Part shown: in pieces, positions 1 through 7,879 of the stretch | Position numbering within the stretch: position 1 is the first letter of the stretch | Layout of the letters: each line of letters opens with the position of its first letter | Made by a program: the position numbers and the translations under genes | Notes under the pieces: model-generated | Told to the model about the DNA's origin: nothing | The model's input: only the letters and a program-made list of their open reading frames with translations | Database searches by the model: none | DNA from: Myxococcota bacterium | GTDB taxonomy: Bacteria > Myxococcota > UBA4151 | Length of the DNA stretch: 15,647 bases | Direction: 5' to 3' | NCBI GenBank assembly: GCA_040260805.1 | Contig: JBDQPD010000081.1 | Location: forward strand, 1-15,647

Positions 1-872
1 CATGCGGCTGACCAATGGTTAAACATCAAAGCCTGCCGATCGGCGCCCTCCATCAGCAACTGTAGGATCGAATGCTGGTCACGAGGGCCTTCAGCTGCCG
101 CGACAAACAAAGGTAGCCCCGCTTTGCCTAAGCTCTCACTGAGCAACTGCAGCCACCAGCCTGATAGACCGCTCAGCGCGCGTCCGTAGAAGAAACCGAG
201 CCAGCGGTCATGGCCCCCATCAAGTAGATGTTTGAGGTCCGTCGCCCACTGAATCGCTTGCGCCGCATCCGCCTGTTTTGCCCCCTGCAAAAGATCATCG
301 ACCGGGAGACCCAAAGCCGCTGCGGGAAGTAACCCGCAGGGCGTAAACACAGAGAAGCGTCCGCCGACATCATCAGGGATTGATAAGGTCGGCCAATCCC
401 TCGAGGCTGCAAGCTCGCCTAAAGGGCTCTCAGGGCTAGCCGTCACGACCGCGACGCGACCAAAGTCATACGCTCCAAGAAGCTCCCGCAGCCAAGCCAT
501 CACCTCTAAGGTGGTCCCGCTGCGGCTGATAATGATCAGCCCTAGTTCGGTGTCAGGGATGCCATCAAGTTGGTGCTTGAGGCTCGCTGCGTCGAGATGA
601 TCAAGCAGCACCAGTCGGTCTGCTTGCTCGTGCGATGCGAGGGCGCTGACCAGAGCGTTTAAGCCCATCGCAGAGCCGCCAATACCTAGGACAACGACCT
701 TGCGGCAGCCAGCAAACTCACTGCCCAGTTCGATGGCTCGAGCTTGGTCTCTAACGTCACGCGTCAAACAACGCTCATAACCACTCACCCCAGATGAAAA
801 TACAGTATCGTCTGCCGAACCGATATGAGTGGCGACTGGCCAGCGAGGCAAAGGCTCGATTAAGACTGGCAT
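1..872 (-). CDS. pgi: Glucose-6-phosphate isomerase family protein (3' end runs off the window; absent from the ORF track)
   Basis: Hand translation of the minus strand from ATG at 872 (AAGGA RBS about 8 nt upstream) is open to the window edge. It contains PGI motifs in the expected order: VVVLGIGGSAMG, IIISRSGTTLE, IPDDVGGRFSVFT, QLLSESLGK, GPRDQHSILQLLMEG. Confidence 0.88.
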   Translation of the reverse strand, partial: MPVLIEPLPRWPVATHIGSADDTVFSSGVSGYERCLTRDVRDQARAIELGSEFAGCRKVVVLGIGGSAMGLNALVSALASHEQADRLVLLDHLDAASLKHQLDGIPDTELGLIIISRSGTTLEVMAWLRELLGAYDFGRVAVVTASPESPLGELAASRDWPTLSIPDDVGGRFSVFTPCGLLPAAALGLPVDDLLQGAKQADAAQAIQWATDLKHLLDGGHDRWLGFFYGRALSGLSGWWLQLLSESLGKAGLPLFVAAAEGPRDQHSILQLLMEGADRQALMFNHWSAA

Positions 873-938
873 ACCCGATTTCCTTTTCCCGAGATGGAGC
901 ACCAAGTCCGTCGCCCTAACCAGAACAGCAAACCCTAA

Positions 939-2108
939 CTAAGAAGGCGCCTTGGCGACCTCTGCAGCCAATGCTTCGCCTAAATGTTCGAGTTGCGCCA
1001 GGTCCGTATAAGCCTGGCAGCTGATTCGGACCATTCGGCGGCCGGCGAAACTCAGAATCGGGATCTCGATTTGATAACCCTCAATCAACCGCCGCTGAAG
1101 AGGATCGGTTTCTAAATGATGCAGCGCTTCGTGAGCAGGTAGGGGTAAAAACAAGCTGGTCATCGCCCCAAACATCGACGCCGGAGCGGTCAGCTCATAA
1201 CCTAACCGCTGATTCAGAATCTGCGCGCCCTGCCAAGCGAGGTTTCGATTACGCTGCATTAATCCATTGAGCCCTTCTGGATGGCAAGCCTCGAGCGCTT
1301 GAAGCGCGAAGGGGAAACTCAGCCAAGCGCTCGGGTCAAAAGTCCCGGTCCAATCGTAGCAGTCCTGCCAGCGCTGCGCTTTGGGTAGGTTCAACCCATG
1401 GCTCAACGCACAAGGGAAAATACGATCACGCCAATCGGAGCGTACGTGCAGACACGCAGTTCCGAGCGGAGCGCAGATCCATTTGTGCAAGTTAGCCGTT
1501 GTAAAAGCGGCTCCGCATCGATCGAAATCGACGTCAATTAAACCCGGGCTGTGGGCAGCATCGACGAGCGTTTCCACGCCGCGACCCTTGAGCGCGCTAA
1601 CAATTTCTTCAATCGGCAGGACCCAGCCCGTGGGGCTGATCACCGCGTCGATCATAGCAAAGCGAGTGCGCGAACTGACCCGGTCCATAATCGCTGCGGT
1701 GATCTGCTCAGGGCTGCTAACGGGAAACGGTAAGGTGACTTGTACGACGCGCGCGTCGTGGCGTTGGGCGACATAATCAAGCGCCGCTCGGCAGGCGCCG
1801 TAAGCCTGATCTAAGACCACAATCTCATCGCCCGGCTTAAGCGACCAGCTCCGTAACACCGAGTTAACCCCGTAGGTCGCATTGGGCACGAACACTAAAT
1901 TCTCGGACTGCGCCCCAACTAATTCTGCGAGCACCGAGCGTGCCTTATCAAGAAGCGGTAAGTACTCATCGAGAAGAAAACGCATCGGCTGCTTCTCAAG
2001 GCGTCGCCGCCACCTTTCTTGTTCTTGCGCGACCGAATTCAATCGAGCACCAAATGACCCATGATTGAGAAATGTCCATGCCGGATCAAGCTGCCAACTC
2101 TGTTGCAT
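939..2108 (-). CDS. Class-V PLP-dependent enzyme (isopenicillin N epimerase-like / Egt2-like C-S lyase family); substrate not assignable
   Basis: Motifs FLNHGSFG, FVPNAT, LVDAAH, NLHKW (PLP lysine) and GTFD. Start moved from 2225 to ATG 2108 (MQQSWQLDP...), which has a GAGG-like RBS, matches the usual family N-terminus and avoids overlap with the divergent gene. Confidence 0.85.
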   Translation of the reverse strand: MQQSWQLDPAWTFLNHGSFGARLNSVAQEQERWRRRLEKQPMRFLLDEYLPLLDKARSVLAELVGAQSENLVFVPNATYGVNSVLRSWSLKPGDEIVVLDQAYGACRAALDYVAQRHDARVVQVTLPFPVSSPEQITAAIMDRVSSRTRFAMIDAVISPTGWVLPIEEIVSALKGRGVETLVDAAHSPGLIDVDFDRCGAAFTTANLHKWICAPLGTACLHVRSDWRDRIFPCALSHGLNLPKAQRWQDCYDWTGTFDPSAWLSFPFALQALEACHPEGLNGLMQRNRNLAWQGAQILNQRLGYELTAPASMFGAMTSLFLPLPAHEALHHLETDPLQRRLIEGYQIEIPILSFAGRRMVRISCQAYTDLAQLEHLGEALAAEVAKAPS

Positions 2109-2148
2109 ATCGAAACCCTCGCCAAAAAACGCTAGCAGAGGTTTCGTG

Positions 2149-3990
2149 ATGCTACGCCTAAAGATCAAGGTTTGCCTTTTACTCACTGTCGCAGCTTGCA
2201 CTGAAGAAGCGACAGGGCTGACCATTCCTTACCAGGTGCCACCAAGCTCAAGCGCTTGGCTTGATGTCCCGTGGCCTAGTAATCTTCGCTTGAATGAGCA
2301 GGGTAAGCCTAAACTCTTCTCTTATCCCGACCCCCAGGCCGCCGAGCTTGTCCGCGCGGCCATCGCGCTGGCCGAGACGCGTGATGGCTTTGCCTTACAA
2401 CCGACGATCTACATCGAAATGGGCGCTTTAGTGTCCACCGATCAACTCGACGCTGACCCCGAGGTGTCCCTTGAGCCAGGCGCGCCGATTCAGCTGGTTG
2501 CCCTCGATGGTGCGTTCGAGCGTCGCCCGCTGGCGCTCGGTCAAGGTGGAGCCGATGATTGGTTGAGCGAGACGGTCTTGCACGCCCGACCCCTCTTTGG
2601 TTGGCCGCTTCAGCCGAATCAACGCTACGCGCTGGTCGTGACCTCGGCGCTCAAAGCTCAAAACGGAGAGCCCTTCAATGCCGTCGAGTCGGTCGCTGAG
2701 GGCTTGCAGGGCCGAGGGGCTCAAGCCGCTTACCTCGAGCCCCTTCGAGACCGCCTCAGCGATTATGCGCTTCAAGCTAGCGATATCGTCGTTGCCACGG
2801 TGTTTACCACCGCCGACCCAAGCCGTGAAATGAGCGCGCTAACTGCAGCACAAAACGCGCTTGAAAGCCCAAGCCTGACGTCGGGGTGGCAAGCTGGCGA
2901 AGCGCCGTTGCCACGAGTCTATGAAGCCGAATATTTGGCGCCTTTGTGGCAGCACGGGGTCAAGCCCTATGGCTCGAGCGGCGGAGGCTTCATCTTTGCT
3001 GATGAGGTCCCTCAAGTCGCAGCGCTTGATGAACGCATGCGGGTGACCGTTATGATCCCGCGAGCAGAGCCACCCGAGCGAGGCTGGCCTGTAGTGATCT
3101 ACCAGCACGGCACCGGAGGAAGCCATCGCTCCTTTCTCGATGGGTCGGGCTCTTATGCGCAGGACCTAACGGACAGCGGCTTGGCGATGATCGGTTTAGA
3201 CCAGCCTTTGCACGGTGAGCGAGCGGCTCCCGGGACCAACACGGAATGGCACACCTTTAACCCTTTTAATCTCGAGGCTAGTGCAGCCAACCTTCGCCAA
3301 GGCGCGCTGGATATGATCCTCCTTCACCGCATGCTGCGCGAGGGTAAGCTCAACAGCCGCGAGCCGATGATCTCATTCGACCCTGAGCGAATCTACTTCT
3401 TCGGGCACAGCCAAGGCGGCTTAACGGGCAGCCTAGCGCTTCCTCATGTCGCCAACTTACCCTGCTCTGTTTTGAGTGGGGCTGGGGCGGCGCTGAGCAT
3501 GACCCTGCTCGAGCGTAAAGAGCCTCTGGATATCGCAGAAGCCCTCAAAGGCTGGGGCGGGGCTCAAGGGCCTCTATTCGCAAGTCATCCAATGATCAGC
3601 CTGGTGCAACACGCCTTTGAGCCGAGTGATCCAATCAGCGCAGCGCCGAACTGGCAAAATTCAGGCCCTCATCATCTCTTGATCACCTCCGGACAGCTCG
3701 ACCAACAGACCCCGTTCAAAACGGGCGACGCGATGGCGATGGCGGGGCTAGTTCCTCAGATCGAACCCATCGACCATGATCTATGGCGTCACGAGCTTGA
3801 AGCGATCCGGCCGAGCTCTGGACGACTGGTCAACAATGCTCGATACCCCGAACACAGCGTAACCGCTGCCTACCGGCAAAGTCGAAGTGGAGATCATTTC
3901 GTGGTGTTTCAGTCAGACCCTGTACGCCGGATGGTGCGCTCATTTTTCACCAGCTGCGCAGGCGGTGAACCTGTCGTGAGCAGCCGATGA
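2149..3990 (+). CDS. Lipoprotein alpha/beta-hydrolase (lipase/esterase-like) with an N-terminal Ig-like region
   Basis: Signal peptide with lipobox MLRLKIKVCLLLTVAAC from ATG 2149 (AGAGG upstream; GTG 2146 is an alternative). Ig-like segment RPLFGWPLQPNQRYALVVT, oxyanion-type VIYQHGTGG, nucleophile elbow GHSQGG at 3403-3420, candidate catalytic Asp (GQLDQQT) and His (GDHFVVF). Confidence 0.82.
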   Translation: MLRLKIKVCLLLTVAACTEEATGLTIPYQVPPSSSAWLDVPWPSNLRLNEQGKPKLFSYPDPQAAELVRAAIALAETRDGFALQPTIYIEMGALVSTDQLDADPEVSLEPGAPIQLVALDGAFERRPLALGQGGADDWLSETVLHARPLFGWPLQPNQRYALVVTSALKAQNGEPFNAVESVAEGLQGRGAQAAYLEPLRDRLSDYALQASDIVVATVFTTADPSREMSALTAAQNALESPSLTSGWQAGEAPLPRVYEAEYLAPLWQHGVKPYGSSGGGFIFADEVPQVAALDERMRVTVMIPRAEPPERGWPVVIYQHGTGGSHRSFLDGSGSYAQDLTDSGLAMIGLDQPLHGERAAPGTNTEWHTFNPFNLEASAANLRQGALDMILLHRMLREGKLNSREPMISFDPERIYFFGHSQGGLTGSLALPHVANLPCSVLSGAGAALSMTLLERKEPLDIAEALKGWGGAQGPLFASHPMISLVQHAFEPSDPISAAPNWQNSGPHHLLITSGQLDQQTPFKTGDAMAMAGLVPQIEPIDHDLWRHELEAIRPSSGRLVNNARYPEHSVTAAYRQSRSGDHFVVFQSDPVRRMVRSFFTSCAGGEPVVSSR

Positions 3991-4991
3991 CCGGTCAGCT
4001 CATGCGTCGGTTTTTATCGCTTCCAGCTCCTATTATTCGCGGATCTGAACACACCAACGACGGCCGCTGGCTTGAACCGAGTGACCGCCAACTCAACCTG
4101 AGTCACCCGACCGGCTGGCTCGCCGCTGACCCCTCGTTGACCTCCTTTGAGTGCGCCGAAGGTCAGATTCATTACCAAACCTCAGGCTCGAGCGCGTTCG
4201 CGGTCGGTGTCGAGGGCGCACGAGCCGACCTGATCGGCTCCTGGGCGAACGCTTTGCGTGAGCGCGGTTATCGTCGAACGCTGATCTTCCCAGTCGCAAC
4301 TTGGCAACGTGCGGCTTTAGAGCTCCAAGGCTTCGATCTGATGCAGGTAGGCGAAGAAGCTGAGGTCTACCTTCCAGCCTACCAAGTTCGCGGCAAAAAA
4401 TACGCTAACCTCCGACAGATGCTGCATCGAGCCCAGCGCCAACACCTGAGCGTCGAACTGCAGACAATGCCACCCGAGGATCCTGAAAACCTCGAAGTTG
4501 TTTGGCGAGATCATTGCGCACAGACCAAACGAATGAGTTTACTCGTTGGGCAACAAAACACCTGCGACCAAGCGATCTATGTCGTGGTGCGATCTCAAGA
4601 GGGTCAATTGCTGGCGTGGATTGAGGCTCGCCCTGGCTTTGCGAATCGAGGGTATGGCGTCGACGGAATGGTTCGGCACCCCGATGCACCAGCGGGCGCC
4701 GTTGAGCTCGCCATCGACACCTTGTTGCGCTCGCGCAAACAAGCGGGTGACACCTGGCTTAGTTTAGGTGCTGTACCCTTGCGCGGCGTTGATTTAACCC
4801 GCCCTCTGCTTGGCTTAATCTGCCGAATCCTACGGGAGAGCGGTTTAGGCAATCGCCTCTTCCACTTCAGTGGGTTGGGTCAGTTTAAAGCCAAGTTTGA
4901 GCCTAATTGGCGCCCGGTTTTAATGGCTGACTACCAACGGTTAAACGCCATTTCATTGTACGAAGGGTGTCGTTTATGGGGCTTGTTTTAG
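3987..4991 (+). CDS. Stand-alone MprF/aminoacyl-phosphatidylglycerol synthase C-terminal domain (DUF2156), with no membrane flippase domain
   Basis: Family motifs VGEEAEV..GKKYANLRQ, DGMVRHPDAPAG (cf. DLMRxxPDAPxG), SLGAVPL, FHFSGLGQFKAKFEPNWRP. No hydrophobic TM stretch. ATGA overlap with the hydrolase stop codon. Confidence 0.85.
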   Translation: MTGQLMRRFLSLPAPIIRGSEHTNDGRWLEPSDRQLNLSHPTGWLAADPSLTSFECAEGQIHYQTSGSSAFAVGVEGARADLIGSWANALRERGYRRTLIFPVATWQRAALELQGFDLMQVGEEAEVYLPAYQVRGKKYANLRQMLHRAQRQHLSVELQTMPPEDPENLEVVWRDHCAQTKRMSLLVGQQNTCDQAIYVVVRSQEGQLLAWIEARPGFANRGYGVDGMVRHPDAPAGAVELAIDTLLRSRKQAGDTWLSLGAVPLRGVDLTRPLLGLICRILRESGLGNRLFHFSGLGQFKAKFEPNWRPVLMADYQRLNAISLYEGCRLWGLF

Positions 4992-5130
4992 CCTCAAGCT
5001 TGAGAAGATTTTTCGTCCCACCGATGAGGCCTTAGGCTTGCGCAGCGGCGGCGTCTAATTTGATAAGCGCTCAAGCATCCTCGCTGAGTTCAGTGCACCC
5101 TACTTATCGAGCCACGCGAAAAGAGAACCG

Positions 5131-6459
5131 GTGATGAGCGAATCTGAACCCACACCCTTACCCCTCGACAGTGACCATCTGCGGGCAATGCATGCGGCCG
5201 ATATCGCAGATCTTTTCGATAAAACGAGCAGCGAAGAGCATGCTTTGATCATGAGCGCGCTTGACGCAGAAAAGCGCGCCGAACTGCTCGTATACCTAGA
5301 CGCCCATGAGCGGCGTGATCTGCTCGACGAGAAAAGCCCCGCTCAAATCGCCGAGTTGTTCGGGGAGCTTAAGTCTGATGATGCAGCCGACTTAATCGGA
5401 GAGCTCGAAGAGCAGACTCAAATTCGCGTGCTCAGAGTTATTGAAGAAGAGGACCCCAAAGAAGCTCACGAGGTCCGCTCACTGATGGACTATCCTGCCG
5501 ACTCTGCTGGTGGGCTGATGCAAGCTGAGATCGCATCGATTGAGTATTCTGCGACCGCTGGAGAGGCTCTTGAGGTGTTGCGAGCGAGCCAAGACGACGC
5601 CGATTCAATGCACTTCATTTTCGTCACCGATGACCAAGGTCAGTTCATCGGCGTGGTGCGGATGGCGCGCTTGGCTTTAGCGCAACCTTCATCGCCTATC
5701 GCTGCCATTTTTGAACCTAAGTTCATCGACGTCCAAGCGCATGTCGACCAAGAAGAGGTCGCTCAGATCTTCGCAAAATACGACATCATTTCGCTTGCGG
5801 TTGTCGATGAACATGAGCGCCTGTTAGGGCGAATTATGGTCGACGATGTGCTTGAGGTTTGGGCTCAAGAAGCCCACGAAGACGCCTTTCGCATGGTCGG
5901 CTCAGATCCTGACGAGCTGCAATATCAGCGCAACCCATTTCGACTGGCCTTTATCCGCCTGCCTTGGCTGCTGATCAACCTCGTCGGCAGCGCCGCAACC
6001 GGCTGGATGTTGTTTTTGTTTCAAGGCACCCTCATCGACAATATTATCCTGATCACCTTCGTCCCAGTCATTACCGCAATGGCCGGAAATGTCGGCGCTC
6101 AAAGCGCGATGATCATGATTCGTAATTACGCCTCGGGGCGAGACCAAGAACGCAGCGTATGGCGCAACTTAGGTCGAGAGAGCGTCACAGGTCTGTCGAT
6201 TGGCGGTCCCTGCGGCTTACTGCTCGGATGCGGTGCGACGCTTTGGCACGGTGACTGGGCCGTCGGTCTGATCGTCGCCATCAGCCTGTTCTTAGTGATG
6301 ACGGTATCGGCGATTATCGGCAGCCTAGCGCCGAGCCTGTTTCGGCACCTCGGGATCGACCCCGCTATCGCTGCTGGTCCCTTTGTCACCACGGCGAATG
6401 ATCTGATCGGTATCGCCATTTATATGGCCGTCGCGGCGACCGTGCTCAGCGTCACCTAG
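5131..6459 (+). CDS. mgtE: Magnesium transporter MgtE
   Basis: N domain (MHAADIAD, SDDAADLIGEL), YPADSAGGLM then a CBS pair, RLPWLLINL, GNVGAQS, DPAIAAGPFVTTANDLIG, and five hydrophobic segments. Start is GTG 5131 or ATG 5134. Confidence 0.96.
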   Translation: MMSESEPTPLPLDSDHLRAMHAADIADLFDKTSSEEHALIMSALDAEKRAELLVYLDAHERRDLLDEKSPAQIAELFGELKSDDAADLIGELEEQTQIRVLRVIEEEDPKEAHEVRSLMDYPADSAGGLMQAEIASIEYSATAGEALEVLRASQDDADSMHFIFVTDDQGQFIGVVRMARLALAQPSSPIAAIFEPKFIDVQAHVDQEEVAQIFAKYDIISLAVVDEHERLLGRIMVDDVLEVWAQEAHEDAFRMVGSDPDELQYQRNPFRLAFIRLPWLLINLVGSAATGWMLFLFQGTLIDNIILITFVPVITAMAGNVGAQSAMIMIRNYASGRDQERSVWRNLGRESVTGLSIGGPCGLLLGCGATLWHGDWAVGLIVAISLFLVMTVSAIIGSLAPSLFRHLGIDPAIAAGPFVTTANDLIGIAIYMAVAATVLSVT

Positions 6460-6462
6460 ACG

Positions 6463-7875
6463 TTAGTTGCACAGAAACTCTTCTTCGAGGTCAGCGCCGA
6501 GCTTCAGGTTGATCTGTTGCTCTTGACCGCCACGCCCAGTGGCGCATTGAACGCGCAGTGTCCACGCTCCAGCGTCGAGATCAAGCGCCTCGCCGCTGAC
6601 CCCTTGTATGGGTTCGTCTTCCGACTTTCGAAGCACTTGCCAAACGCCTTTGGCGCGCTGCCCGTTCTTGGTCAACGTCACCCGAAGTCTGCTTTGTTTA
6701 CGCTTCAGATCAACGGTCTTTTGATCCCCATGCTTGATCACCAGAGGTCTCGAGTAAGGGATGGCTTTACCATCACTAGCGACGACCCGAAGCGGCCAAC
6801 GACCGGGCGCAATACGAACCATCTGACCGATCGCAAAGCGACCGACGAGCTCACCGTCTGCTGGATTGAGTAACTCGACCTGCCCATATTGGGGCGACTG
6901 ACCACGCCTCAGTCGAACCACAGCTTTGCCAAACTTCGGCGGCGCCCCAAATTTCGTGGCTCGCCCAGAAAACACCTCGACGGCTTGGGCTTTAGCGCCG
7001 AAATCGACCCCTAAAACCTCCGCTGAAGGCAGCTGATAGCTGACTCGATAAAGCCCAGCACTAACCTTCCAGCGGTCACCCTGAAGCCCCTCGGCGAGCA
7101 GCTTGGCGCCGGTCGCATCAAAGAGCTTAAGTTCGCCTAAGGGCTCTTTGAGGCCCCACTTAAGAATACCCAAGGCGGGGTTCGCTCGTCGCTCGACAGA
7201 AGCCTCTGGTCTCAGGACAAACTCGGCGACCTTATGAGCCTTCTGGGCTAAGTCCTCGCGTCGAGTGACGGTCATCGTGTAGCGATTAGGGGGCAATTCA
7301 ATCCAAGCACCCGACGGACCATATCCTGCGCTGCGACCATCAGGACCCAGCACATCGACCTGACCTTCTCCGCCAACGAGTAAGGCGCGGACTTTTCCCG
7401 GCGCTAAATCCACCACGCGCTCTAGGGTAGCGCCTTGACGAACCGTGATGCGGTCTTGGCGCCAGGCGCGCCGTTGGGCATCCGAACTCTCAAGGGTCCA
7501 GGTCCCTGCTAACAAGGGTGTCTGAGCGCCAGGCTTAGCCTCTACTCGCTCGTCGCCGCCCATTCGCTTGAGCACCATACTGCCGGGGATTCGATCGCCG
7601 TCGCGCTCAATCCAAACGATGGCGAAGCCCATCTTTAAGTCGATGGTTTGCTTTCCGCGAACGCCTTTGACAATGCGGATCAGCTCACCCGTAGCTCGGC
7701 GGCAATAAACTCTTAGATCGACACCCTTTCCCAGATCCCACTTTACCGCTTCACCGCTTCCAGCTTCGGCTTCGGTGGCTAAATTTTGGATACGACAGGT
7801 CCGGCCGGACTCGATGCCGTTAACCGTAACATCAACCTGTATCGTGGCCGCAGCGAGCGCCAAGGCAACGAGCAT
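6463..7875 (-). CDS. Protein C: probably exported, with about six PEGA-like beta-sandwich repeats
   Basis: Short hydrophobic N-terminus MLVALALAAA with a GGAG RBS upstream. About six 75-80 aa units with G-x-x-x-V ... [LIV]-x-x-G-x-[WY]-x-[LV] ... [VI]-x-x-G pattern (LLAGTWTL, LPPNRYTM, VSAGLYRV, IAPGRWPL, LDAGAWTL). Confidence 0.65.
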   Translation of the reverse strand: MLVALALAAATIQVDVTVNGIESGRTCRIQNLATEAEAGSGEAVKWDLGKGVDLRVYCRRATGELIRIVKGVRGKQTIDLKMGFAIVWIERDGDRIPGSMVLKRMGGDERVEAKPGAQTPLLAGTWTLESSDAQRRAWRQDRITVRQGATLERVVDLAPGKVRALLVGGEGQVDVLGPDGRSAGYGPSGAWIELPPNRYTMTVTRREDLAQKAHKVAEFVLRPEASVERRANPALGILKWGLKEPLGELKLFDATGAKLLAEGLQGDRWKVSAGLYRVSYQLPSAEVLGVDFGAKAQAVEVFSGRATKFGAPPKFGKAVVRLRRGQSPQYGQVELLNPADGELVGRFAIGQMVRIAPGRWPLRVVASDGKAIPYSRPLVIKHGDQKTVDLKRKQSRLRVTLTKNGQRAKGVWQVLRKSEDEPIQGVSGEALDLDAGAWTLRVQCATGRGGQEQQINLKLGADLEEEFLCN

Positions 7876-7879
7876 GGGT

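Noticed and set aside
173..412. 79-aa minus-strand ORF from the track
   Set aside because: An out-of-frame ORF inside the PGI gene, which has the convincing motifs.
914..939. Direct repeat CCCTAAC (GTTAGGG on the minus strand) at 914-920 and 933-939
   Set aside because: Only two 7-mers. The telomere-like look is meaningless here and there is no support for an operator.
873..941. The PLP-enzyme TAG is in frame with pgi with no further stop between them (possible readthrough fusion)
   Set aside because: Easily arises by chance over 22 codons. pgi has its own RBS and no recoding signal is evident.
939..2108. Calling the PLP enzyme cefD or egtE
   Set aside because: No beta-lactam or ergothioneine pathway genes are in the window, and family motifs do not fix the substrate.
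2065..2225. Apparent 161-nt head-to-head overlap of two CDSs in the ORF track
   Set aside because: Artefact of longest-ORF start choice. Starts at 2108 and 2149 have RBSs and family-typical N-termini.
4993..5004. Perfect palindrome CTCAAGCTTGAG after the DUF2156 stop, with a T-run shortly downstream
   Set aside because: The stem is too short once a loop is allowed and the T-run is not adjacent, so it cannot be called a terminator or operator.
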